Source of the DNA: Diplonema japonicum
Taxonomy: Eukaryota > Protista > Euglenozoa: Diplonemea
Length of the DNA stretch: 64,000 nucleotides
Direction: 5' to 3'
Assembly: GCA_964019335.1 (NCBI GenBank)
Contig: OZ025735.1
Location: forward strand, 248,001 to 312,000
Made by a program: the position numbers and the translations under genes. Positions 45,006 through 54,925 of this stretch are shown here, piece after piece. Each line of letters starts with the position of its first letter. Positions within the stretch are counted from its first letter, which is position 1. Below the pieces are notes generated by a model. The model was not told where the DNA came from, did not search any database, and worked only from the letters and a program-made list of their open reading frames with translations.

Positions 45006-46497
45006 TTTTTTTTTTCGGGGATTTTTCTGCTCCAAATTTCCCAAATAATTCCCGACCCCTTTCTTTTTTTTGGGGGGGGGACCGGGGGGTGAGGGGGTCA
45101 CGTGGTTGTCGTGCAACGGGCTTTTCTCAGTCACGCCTGTGCAGGGTACTAGCCGACCTAACCCATGTATACACCCCTTTTTTGACCAAAAACTCGATTT
45201 CCGCCTGGTTTTGGGCACTTTTTGGGCACTTACGAGCAATTCTTTTGCATTTTGAACAGGGACCACGGGGGTTAGCAGCTTGGGGTTATTGTGGGGGACT
45301 ATTTTTCTTAACGCAAGAAGCTAGATGGTTCGTGATGAATGGTTCAAAATTTCATGGAACTACTCAGTTCGAAGGCGCTTTGTGGGTGGCCCGGGTGCTT
45401 CTGCGTTGCCGGAAGGGCACGTGGATTCATGTGTTGACAACTTACCCAGTATTTGCTTCTTTCATGGCCCGCAATGTCAATATTCCATTCTTGAGCAAGA
45501 TCCCAAAGCTGTGCCGTAGCCCACTGACAGTATTGTGAGGCTGCTTACGCAAGTAAGAGTGCTGGCCCGGCGAGCTACGAGGGCAAAAACCCCATTTTCT
45601 TCTAGAAGATGAGAAATATTATAGCGCGACATAATCAGACTGGAACGGCCGCCCCGGGGCATCCTCTGCTCAACCCGGCGGACGTGGGGCCCTTCTTCGG
45701 AAGGTGCCAGTCGCTTGATCAGTGCCGTCGAATGCGCGCTATATTTTATAAGTACAAATATAACAATCGATTGAAAAGGAAAAGTACGTATTGTGAGGCT
45801 GCTTCTGTGTGGCACCGGCGATTCAGACCTACCACCATTTTGAGGGGTTAGGGGGCTGCGGCAAGCAGCCGAGGCGGGACTGCAGCAGAGCGCCGAATCA
45901 ACGTGGCACTGTGGGTAGGGCAGGCACATGAGAACGGTCATGCAACTGCTCGACACCTTTAGCTGTATGCGGTCTCGCGGCTACCTTCCAGGTAGTTCCG
46001 AGGAGACCATACAGCTAAGAGCACTTAGCTAAGTAAGCACTTTGAAGGAGTCGGGCTTTAGACAGTGCAGCACAGAACGTAGTTGCGGGTGTTACAATGG
46101 ACACTGCACCTGACGAGACTCCAGCAGCCTCCAAAGCCCTGCAGCTTCTCAAGCCCCGACAGATTCTCAAGCCTCTCAGACCCCCGCAACCTCCCAGCAA
46201 CCACCTAACGCCAAAACCAGGCGGTCTGTCTGCAACGTTTGTGGGTTCCTCACAGTCTGGGAGAAAAACTGTTTTAAAATTTCCCTTGGAAAAAAAAAGG
46301 GCATGAAAGAAATCTTGGCACGATTTGGCATGTTAAGATTTCCGAAGTGCTCTAAGCCCCGCTCCCTGCTTTCCATGTGGTAGGCGACCCAGCCCAAAGT
46401 ACAACCCAAATAAGTGTATTCCAAATAATTCTTTTTTTTTGGAGCCCTAACACACCCCTCCGCTGCCCAAATAAAGGGATTATTCGGGGGGTCCCTT
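45006..46497. mobile_element. Second copy of the TA-flanked TIR element; left TIR missing
   Basis: Colinear with ~19540-20961 apart from substitutions and indels; right end GGGATTATTCGGGGGGTCCCTT|TA. Confidence 0.88.
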
Positions 46498-46780
46498 TAC
46501 CTCTTTTATTATTTTTTTTTTCTTCCACAAAGAAGTAGGTAGTTGCAGCATGTGTTAATTACAAACCATATGCGCAGAAGCTGGTGATTATAATCAACTC
46601 CCAGATCGAAGGCTTGTCGTGCTGGCACGCTGCCCCCCTTTTTTTCTTATCCGTTTCGCTTTGCGGTGCCTTCCTGTGGGGCACTCTCAAGCTTCGTGTT
46701 TCTTATTTTATACTGCTAGCTCTCTTTATTTAGGGTTCCGGAATGTAAACCTTTTCATGGCATTACAGGAGTTCGACAAG

Positions 46781-48241
46781 ATGACCAGTCGCTCCTCTGC
46801 CGGCAGAGGTCTGGCGAGGCTGCTGTGCCTCGTTGTAGGGTTTGCAGGGATGTGCAGCAGCCACACGTTGTCGTTCGGGGACTACAGCTACAAGGGGAAG
46901 ACTTGGGCTCCCGACACGACTGCTCCCGACACCTCTGTCCCAATAACGCTCACCCCTGGGAAGACCTGGGCTCCCGACACGACTGCACCTGACACCCCTG
47001 TCCCGGTGACGCTCACACCCGGTAAGACCTGGGCTCCCGACACATCAGCACCCAACACAAAGGCACCTGCGACCCTCGCACCCGGGGACACGTGGGCACC
47101 TGCAACAAGGGCTCCTGAAACAGGTGTACCTGCAACTCTGGTCCCTGGGACTACCTGGGCCCCGGACACGGCGGCACCCAAGACAGAGATCCCTGCGACG
47201 CTGGTACCGGGGACGACGTGGGCACCGAGCACGGAGACCCCAACGACGCGGGCACCCCTCGGGGACAAGGAGAGCTATGCACCCGACACACCAGAACCTG
47301 GGGCACCGTTCTTGGGGACAGGGGAGGACTCCCCAAGAGACTCTCCGAGTGACAGTTACAGTGGGGACAGTGGCGGTTTTAAGTGGTGGTACATTCTGCT
47401 CATCTTGCTGGGCGTTGGCGGTGTCTGTGGGATCATTGCCGCCATCGCCATCAGAAAGAGGCAGTCGGAACAGCTCTACACGCCGGTCTTCACCTTGCCG
47501 CCGAACGCCGTGTGGGGAAGACAAGCTGGGCCAGCACCGAATCCAGCTGCAGCACCCCAACCGGGAGTTCAACCTCAACCACAAGCGACCGAGACACAGC
47601 AGCCTGGGCAAACGCAGCAGTCTGGGCAGTCGACGCATTTCTACACACCGCAGACGACACACACACCGCAGACGACACACACACCGCAGACGACACCGGT
47701 GATGCAGGCGCCGGCGTCGGCACCGCCATCTGCGACCTCCGGTACCGCATCCACCGACCAGTTCGTGGAATGGGCGCGAAGGATGGAACTGGAGAACGAA
47801 CAGGAGAGGAAGACCATGGAGGCCCGGCTCGTCGACATGGAGAGGAAGAACGCGTCGACGGCCAACCTGTTGATGTCCGTGCAACAGAACGTGCAAACGC
47901 TGAGCGAGCAGATGGGAGTGATGGCTGCACGTCTGGAGCAGTTGGACGTGATTGCTTCTGCGGTGAACAGCCTCGCACAGGCGGTGGGCTCAATCCAAAA
48001 GGAGATGCAGGCACAGGCGAAAGGCGGGAAGAGGGAGTGCGAGGGCGAGCCGGGCAACAAGAAAGCGGCCTCAAGTGCCCTTGTCCCCACCGCTGGAATA
48101 GGCAGGGAGATGACGCCGATGATCATGCCCAACAGCACCCCCCTTTGTGCCGCGGCAGCTGGCGGGACACCTGTGCAGCAGCAGCTAACCCCGATGGTCG
48201 CCCCCCTGGCTGTCCAGGACATCGACACCGAGTTCAATTGA
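46781..48241 (+). CDS. Chimeric headless paralog: signal peptide + distal stalk + TM fused in frame to a LINE ORF1 C-terminus (alternative ATG 46757)
   Basis: Matches the copy B 5' end up to ...GDYSYK (46894), jumps to the GKTWAP stalk/TM, then at 47481 leaves the gene family and continues as a Gln/Thr-rich coiled-coil ORF. No stop until 48239-48241. Confidence 0.6.
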   Translation: MTSRSSAGRGLARLLCLVVGFAGMCSSHTLSFGDYSYKGKTWAPDTTAPDTSVPITLTPGKTWAPDTTAPDTPVPVTLTPGKTWAPDTSAPNTKAPATLAPGDTWAPATRAPETGVPATLVPGTTWAPDTAAPKTEIPATLVPGTTWAPSTETPTTRAPLGDKESYAPDTPEPGAPFLGTGEDSPRDSPSDSYSGDSGGFKWWYILLILLGVGGVCGIIAAIAIRKRQSEQLYTPVFTLPPNAVWGRQAGPAPNPAAAPQPGVQPQPQATETQQPGQTQQSGQSTHFYTPQTTHTPQTTHTPQTTPVMQAPASAPPSATSGTASTDQFVEWARRMELENEQERKTMEARLVDMERKNASTANLLMSVQQNVQTLSEQMGVMAARLEQLDVIASAVNSLAQAVGSIQKEMQAQAKGGKRECEGEPGNKKAASSALVPTAGIGREMTPMIMPNSTPLCAAAAGGTPVQQQLTPMVAPLAVQDIDTEFN

Positions 48242-48424
48242 AGTGCGGACTGGGACGTCCGGAGGGACGTCCAGTCGGGTGGCGCCAGGGACCCCGATTC
48301 GCTCATAATCACCACACTCAATGTGGGGTCCCTGAGCAACAAGGTTGACGAGGCCCTGGCTATGAGGAGCGACGTGACATGCCTGCAGGAAGTGAAGCTG
48401 ACGGAGCACGGCCAGGAGATGGTT
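47481..48424 (+). mobile_element. Internal non-LTR retrotransposon fragment: ORF1 3' half, TGA, start of the APE-endonuclease ORF2
   Basis: After TGA 48239-48241 the same frame reads SADWDVRRDVQSGGARDPDSLIITTLNVGSLSNKVDEALAMRSDVTCLQEVKL, i.e. APE motifs I (TLNV) and II (DVxCLQE). Confidence 0.85.
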
Positions 48425-48663
48425 GGGAGAAAAACTGTTTTAAAATTTCCCTTGGAAAAAAAAAGGGCGTGAACGAAATCTTGGCACGATTTGGCATGTT
48501 AAGATTTCCGAAGTGCTCTAAGCCCCGCTCCCTGCTTTCCATGTGGTAGGCGACCCAGCCCAAAGTACAACCCAAATAAGTGTATTCCAAATAATTCTTT
48601 TTTTTTGGAGCCCTAACACACCCCTCCGCTGCCCAAATAAAGGGATTATTCGGGGGGTCCCTT
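48424..48663. mobile_element. Right-terminal fragment of the TA-flanked TIR element (part of a duplication with 2166-bp offset)
   Basis: Nearly identical to 46258-46497. Confidence 0.9.
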
Positions 48664-48946
48664 TACCTCTTTTATTATTTTTTTTTTCTTCCACAAAGAA
48701 GTAGGTAGTTGCAGCATGTGTTAATTACAAACCATATGCGCAGAAGCTGGTGATTATAATCAACTCCCAGATCGAAGGCTTGTCGTGCTGGCACGCTGCC
48801 CCCCTTTTTTTCTTATCCGTTTCGCTTTGCGGTGCCTTCCTGTGGGGCACTCTCAAGCTTCGTGTTTCTTATTTTATACTGCTAGCTCTCTTTATTTAGG
48901 GTTCCGGAATGTAAACCTTTTCATGGCATTACAGGAGTTCGACAAG

Positions 48947-51900
48947 ATGACCAGTCGCTCCTCTGCCGGCAGAGGTCTGGCGAGGCTGCTGTGCCTCGTT
49001 GTAGGGTTTGCAGGGATGTGCAGCAGCCACACGTTGTCGTTCGGGGACTACAGCTACAAGGTGAGCGGATCGCCTGCTGGGTTCCAGGTGTGGACGACTG
49101 CCCCGTCGCACAAGATCACGGTGGACCACGCACTCCCGAGCGGGGAAAAGGGGTCGCTGTTCCTGAGTGCTGCGCGGCACGAGTTCGAGCCGCTCCAGGT
49201 GATCATCCAAGGGACGACGGCGGGGAGCTGCGCTGTGGAGCTGGAGATGGGGACGGTGGAGAAGGTGGGGATGCACAAGGGGGGCTTCGTGGACGGGTTG
49301 CTGGACACGCTGACACCGCTGGCTGGGATGACGACGACGGGGACAACGACGACGGCGACGCTTGCGGTGGACGGGGGCTCGAAGCAGACGGTCCTGTGGC
49401 TGACGGTGTACGTTCCCTACACGGCGACGGTGAGCGGGATGCAGACGGGGCTCGGGAAGCTCCGGCTGACGCCACCAGGGAGCTCGACCCCTTTCGAGAT
49501 CCCGATCGACATGTACGTGTACAACTTCCAACTCTCGGCGGAGCTGAACTACGTGAACCACATGACCCTCGGGCTGACGGGGACGGTCCACTCGGACGAG
49601 GACGTGGCGAAGCAGATCCTGTTCGACCACCGGATGACACCGAAGGGCGGGGCGACCTGGCCGAGCGGCTTCAACTACCAGGTGGCGTGGGAGACCAACA
49701 GCAACCCTGACAAGTGCAGCAAGTTCTACGACGAGCCGAACGAGAGCCCACCATACTCGCTGCACCACCTTGCCCCGAAGTATGTGAAGGGGGAAGGGTG
49801 GAACTGCGCGGGCTTCCCAATCCACATGGCGGTGCAGTTTGTGAACAACAACACCCCGCGCCCGACGAGCTTCTGTGGGGAGAGCGTCGGGTCGGACCCG
49901 AAGGGGACCCCTGCCTACAACGCCGCTTGGGGAAAGTACATCGGGGAGCTTGGGAAGTACGTGAAGGACAACGGCTACGGAGACAAGGTCTTCTACTACA
50001 CGATGAACGAGCCTCAGGATGCGGCGGATGACGACACGGCGGTCGCCCTGTGCGAGCTCTCCCGAAGCGTTGCCCCCGATCTCATGATCTGCGTGAGCGA
50101 GGAACCCAAACCCGAGATTGCAGAGAGGTGCGCCTACGACATCTGGGCCTCTGCCCTTCGCGAGTACAACCAAACCTACGCCTGGAAGAGGCAGGAGCAA
50201 GGGATCCCGGGTGAGCGGGTCTGGCTCTACTCCCTCCCTCAGGACCCGGACCCGTACCCGAACCCCTCCCAAACGGACAGGCAAGGGATGCACTCTCGTA
50301 TCTGGGGCTTCCTGTCTTGGTCCCTTCGCACCCAGGGTTACTGGTACTACGACGCGGGGACCTGGTTCAACAACAAGAACCCCACTGTGAGGCTTGAACT
50401 CTTCAGGGAGGCTTGGGAGGATTACGAGTATGCTGCGTTAACAATAATTTGGATCATCTCCATTTTTCACTTCTTTTTAAAGGTACCTGTGGCTTGCAAA
50501 CGGGAAGAAGCAACCGAAGCCCTGCACGATGACAGCGGCTGACGTCCCTGCCTTCAGCGTGGCGAAAGGGCTGACGGACTGGACGACGAACGACGACGCG
50601 CTGATGAGCCTGCGACACCAACTGGGGCTGTACCTGGAAGGGTCCATCGCCTCCCCTCCTTCCCTGGTGGTGCCTCCTTCCCCTCCCCCCGCCCCCGTGT
50701 ACATCAACTTCCAAGGGAGTTCCCCGAGTGCGGACCCCCTCGTGGTTGGGGGGAACACTTACGTGAAGATGGGGTGGGATGCCTACGACCCCGGGACGGG
50801 GATCGGCTGGGAGGGGCAGAACATCGGGACATCCATCGTGAAAGACGGGTACCAGGACACAGGGAGCAAGGACGAGCTGTGGTACTCGTACCTGTTCGAC
50901 GACTACGGGAGGGACAACGTGTTCAAGTACCCGCTGAACCCGGGGACCTACGAGATCACTGTCGCGGTGGGGCGTCCTGGGAAGACCTACAACGACAAGT
51001 ACAACGTGGTGGTGAACGGGGTGAAGGTGATCGACAACTACCACTCGAAGGGGACAGGGGTGGACCAAACCCAGGCCTCCATCGTGATGGAAATCTCCAG
51101 CGGTCTCAGTGTTGTGTGGGGTGGGAAGGACGACGGTGGGAGCTACGCCTACACCTTCATCGCCTGGATGACAGCGGTCCCTTCCAGTGCACCTGCAGGT
51201 CCTGACAACATGGTGGAGCTTGAGTGCCCGAAGCTCAACATCCCTGTTGTGGATGAGAGAACCTCCGCACCCTCTTGCAGGCCTTGCACCGTTGATCCTC
51301 CTATTTGCAACCCGACGACTGCACCTGATACGAGCGCACCGGACACGAATACACCTGGTACCAGTGCTCCTGATACGAATGCACCAGACACCAATGCACC
51401 TATGACGAATGTTCCAGACACTGGTGCTCCTAATACCAATGCACCTGTCACCAACGCACCCGACACCAGTGCCCCCAATACTAATGCACCTGTTACGAAT
51501 GCACCTCTTTCCAATGCACCCGACACTGGAGCTCCTGATACCAATGCCCCTGACACCAATGCACCCGACACAAGTGCCCCTGACACCAACGCACCCGACA
51601 CCAATGCACCTGATACCGGTGCCCCTGCCACCAATCCTCCGGCGACACTGACCCCCGGGAAGACGTTGGCCCCCAACACGAACGCCCCCGACACTGCGAT
51701 TCCCACCACAGCACCGGCCACCGGAGCTCCAGCGACCATGCCACCGAACACGAATGCTCCCGCCACAGACGCACCGGCGACACTGACCCCTGGGAAGACC
51801 ATATCCCCCGACACGAATGCTCCCGACACCGCTGTTCCAACGATGGCCCCGGCCACCGGTGCCCCAGCGACTCTACCTCCGAACACGAATGCTCCCGCCA

Positions 51901-52889
51901 CAGACGCACCGGCGACCCTGGCCCCTGGGAAGACTTGGGCTCCCGACACGAACGCCCCCGACACTGCGATTCCCACCACGGCACCGGCCACCGGAGCTCC
52001 AGCGACCATGCCACCAAACACAAATGCTCCCGCCACAAACGCACCGGCGACACTGACCCCTGGGAAGACCTGGGCCCCCGACACGAATGCCCCCGACACC
52101 GCTGTTCCAACGACAGCACCCGAGACCACAGCTCCGGCAACGCTTGCCCCTGGGAAGACTTGGGCTCCTGGGACAGAAGCTCCGGCAACAGCTGGGCCGA
52201 CGACCGCCCCCGCCACAGACGCTCCGACGACGCTCACCCCTGGGAAGACTTGGGCTCCCGACACGACTGCTCCCGACACCTCTGTCCCAATAACGCTCAC
52301 CCCTGGGAAGACCTGGGCTCCCGACACGACTGCACCTGACACCCCTGTCCCGGTGACGCTCACACCCGGTAAGACCTGGGCTCCCGACACATCAGCACCC
52401 AACACAAAGGCACCTGCGACCCTCGCACCCGGGGACACGTGGGCACCTGCAACAAGGGCTCCTGAAACAGGTGTACCTGCAACTCTGGTCCCTGGGACTA
52501 CCTGGGCCCCGGACACGGCGGCACCCAAGACAGAGATCCCTGCGACGCTGGTACCGGGGACGACGTGGGCACCGAGCACGGAGACCCCAACGACGCGGGC
52601 ACCCCTCGGGGACAAGGAGAGCTATGCACCCGACACACCAGAACCTGGGGCACCGTTCTTGGGGACAGGGGAGGACTCCCCAAGAGACTCTCCGAGTGAC
52701 AGTGGGGACAGTGGCGGTTTTAAGTGGTGGTACATTCTGCTTATCTTGCTGGGCGTTGGCGGTGTCTGTGGGATCATTGCCGCCATCGCCATCAGAAAGA
52801 GGCAGTCGGAACAGCTCTACATCAACGACATGCTCGATGCGCTGGAGGAGAAGGAGATGATGTCCGAGGAGAGAAACGGCACAATGTGA
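48947..52889 (+). CDS. DUF4091/GH123-like membrane glycoside hydrolase, copy B (1295 aa, medium stalk); intron 50428-50482 (alternative ATG 48923)
   Basis: Same head as copy A; stalk 185 aa shorter; different first and last few codons (…EMMSEERNGTM). Confidence 0.82.
51314..52645 (+). repeat. Coding minisatellite stalk of copy B
   Basis: Same repeats as 40585-42470 but lacking 555 bp of the 15-bp units. Confidence 0.93.
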
Positions 52890-53476
52890 AGCTCCCATGT
52901 GCGGAGTGGAAGAGAATATTTGAAGAACCTTTACTAAACTATCTTTGTACTGTTCATATGAAGGCACCACAGGCCCAACGAAGGCATTCCCTTCGTATTC
53001 CCATTATTCTTCTGTTTTTGTTTTTCGAGGTTAAAACGATGCATTTTGGAGGAAAAAAAAAGAGGGGAGAGAAAAATAATGGTAGAACCGAGCCATTTTA
53101 TTCTTCATCTTTCTTTTTTTTTTTTTTTTTTTAAATGCTGCCCTAATGAAAATTGAGGGAGAAAGAGGGAAGGGAAAAAAAAAAAATATTTTAAAAAAAA
53201 AGAATAAAAGAACAGAGAAAACAAAAAGAGCCCATTGGTGTTATTTATTTTTTTTTTGTCAGGTGGAATACACACCAGCCCGTAAGTGGGCCTTATTTGA
53301 GTATTCTTCTTTTTTTTTGTTAGAAAAACAATTATTGTAAATGAATTGTTATTGCTAAAAAAGAGTCGAGGCAGTTTTTGTTCGGCTTTGCCCTTATACA
53401 GGATACCGCCGACTTTGCACAAAAGCAACAAACTGCCAACAGGCGTCCTGTCACATACCGCAGGTACCCTTAAATG

Positions 53477-53519
<43 letters not shown>

Positions 53520-54637
53520 CAGGGATAAGCACCGACTTTTTTAAAATTTATCTTTTAGCATTAGTAGTCGGAGCCGCCTTTACAAGGAGGCCAACATCCC
53601 CCCCCCTCCCCCACTCATCGCGCTCCCATCTTTTCGGTGAATTCTTTTATTTGCTTGCACAATGCAACTCCTCTCTCTATTCCTTTTATATCCTGCCTTT
53701 TATTTTTCCCACCCCATTTCCGATATACTTTTTGTTCTCTCCCCCCCCCTCATTTTTTATTTACTTGCCATGCGTCTTGATATCGTTCTTATTGTGTGAG
53801 GTGAAAAAAAAAAACTTTATTTAACTTAAAAAAAAAGATCCCCTGTTTCGTACCTGTGTATGATCAAGAATAAAGCCCCTGGAATTCCATTTCTTTTTTC
53901 TTTTCTTTTTCTTTTTTTTTGAACTCAGAACTGCAAATAAAAAAAAAAATAAAAAAAAAAAGAATGAACAGGTGGCTTTCTCTACCAAGTTCGGAATTCT
54001 TCAGAACTATCATACCAGTGCGTAATGGTTTTGCTTCAGGGAGCCGGGCTCTCTCTCCCCGTTAGTATTCTTCCTTGAAGAATGCTTACTTTCTCATTTA
54101 GGAGCACAAGAAAAGAAAAAGAAAAAAAAAGAATTGGAACTTATTTTTGTAAAGAAAACCTATACCCGGTTTTTGGTGTTGCCTCTTCATTTAAAAAAAA
54201 AAAAAAAACAAAAACAAAAAATGCACTTAGAATTATTTCTTGTGACAACACACCAAATAGCCTTTTAGTAGTAGTGAGTTACTTGCGAGGAGGGAAACAA
54301 AAAAAAAAAAAAAAAAAAAAAAACAACTGAGGATACAGGACAGCAACTTATATCGCGTCCCCTCTGTGCCATCTCTCCCTGAATTAAAAGTGCGAATGGT
54401 CAGCCTCTATCCTTTCCCAACCAACCTTCCCCCTTTTTTTTTTATGATGAACAGAAATTCTAGCAACAAATGGGGAGCCACCAACACCCTGCCTTCCCTG
54501 CACGTACACACAATGGATTTCTTCTTTTAACCATTGGTTGATAACCCTGTGCCTTCCTTGGCTTCGGTAAGTATTTTTTTACTAACGAAAAAAAAAAAAA
54601 AAAAGAAGATTTTTTCCTGTAAATGAAGAGAATAGAA

Positions 54638-54674
<37 letters not shown>

Positions 54675-54925
54675 AATGGACCCCTGTCTGCTGTATCCTA
54701 GTCTTAGCCTTTCAGTGCCCCATCGACATAGTTGTGGTGGTGTCCCCCACCCCCCGTGTTTGCTTTCTGACCTCGAACAGAAGAAGAAGTGAACAATAAA
54801 TAAACAAACACTCCGAGGAGGGCACCTTAGTGCCCCTCCCGGTACGGGTTCGTCTAGCTAGCTCTTTTGTTTCTTACCTAAGTCAACATCAGCTGCACTA
54901 CAGGATGGGCTGGGCGTAGTGAAGG

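Noticed and set aside
48239-48241. Genome-wide TGA reassignment as the explanation for the LINE in-frame stop
   Set aside because: TGA terminates several host genes (5012, 38095, 52889, 62080) and none of the conserved genes has an internal TGA.
54817-54861. Hairpin followed by CTAG, like a Helitron 3' end
   Set aside because: Single occurrence, no matching 5' TC end or second copy, and not followed by T.
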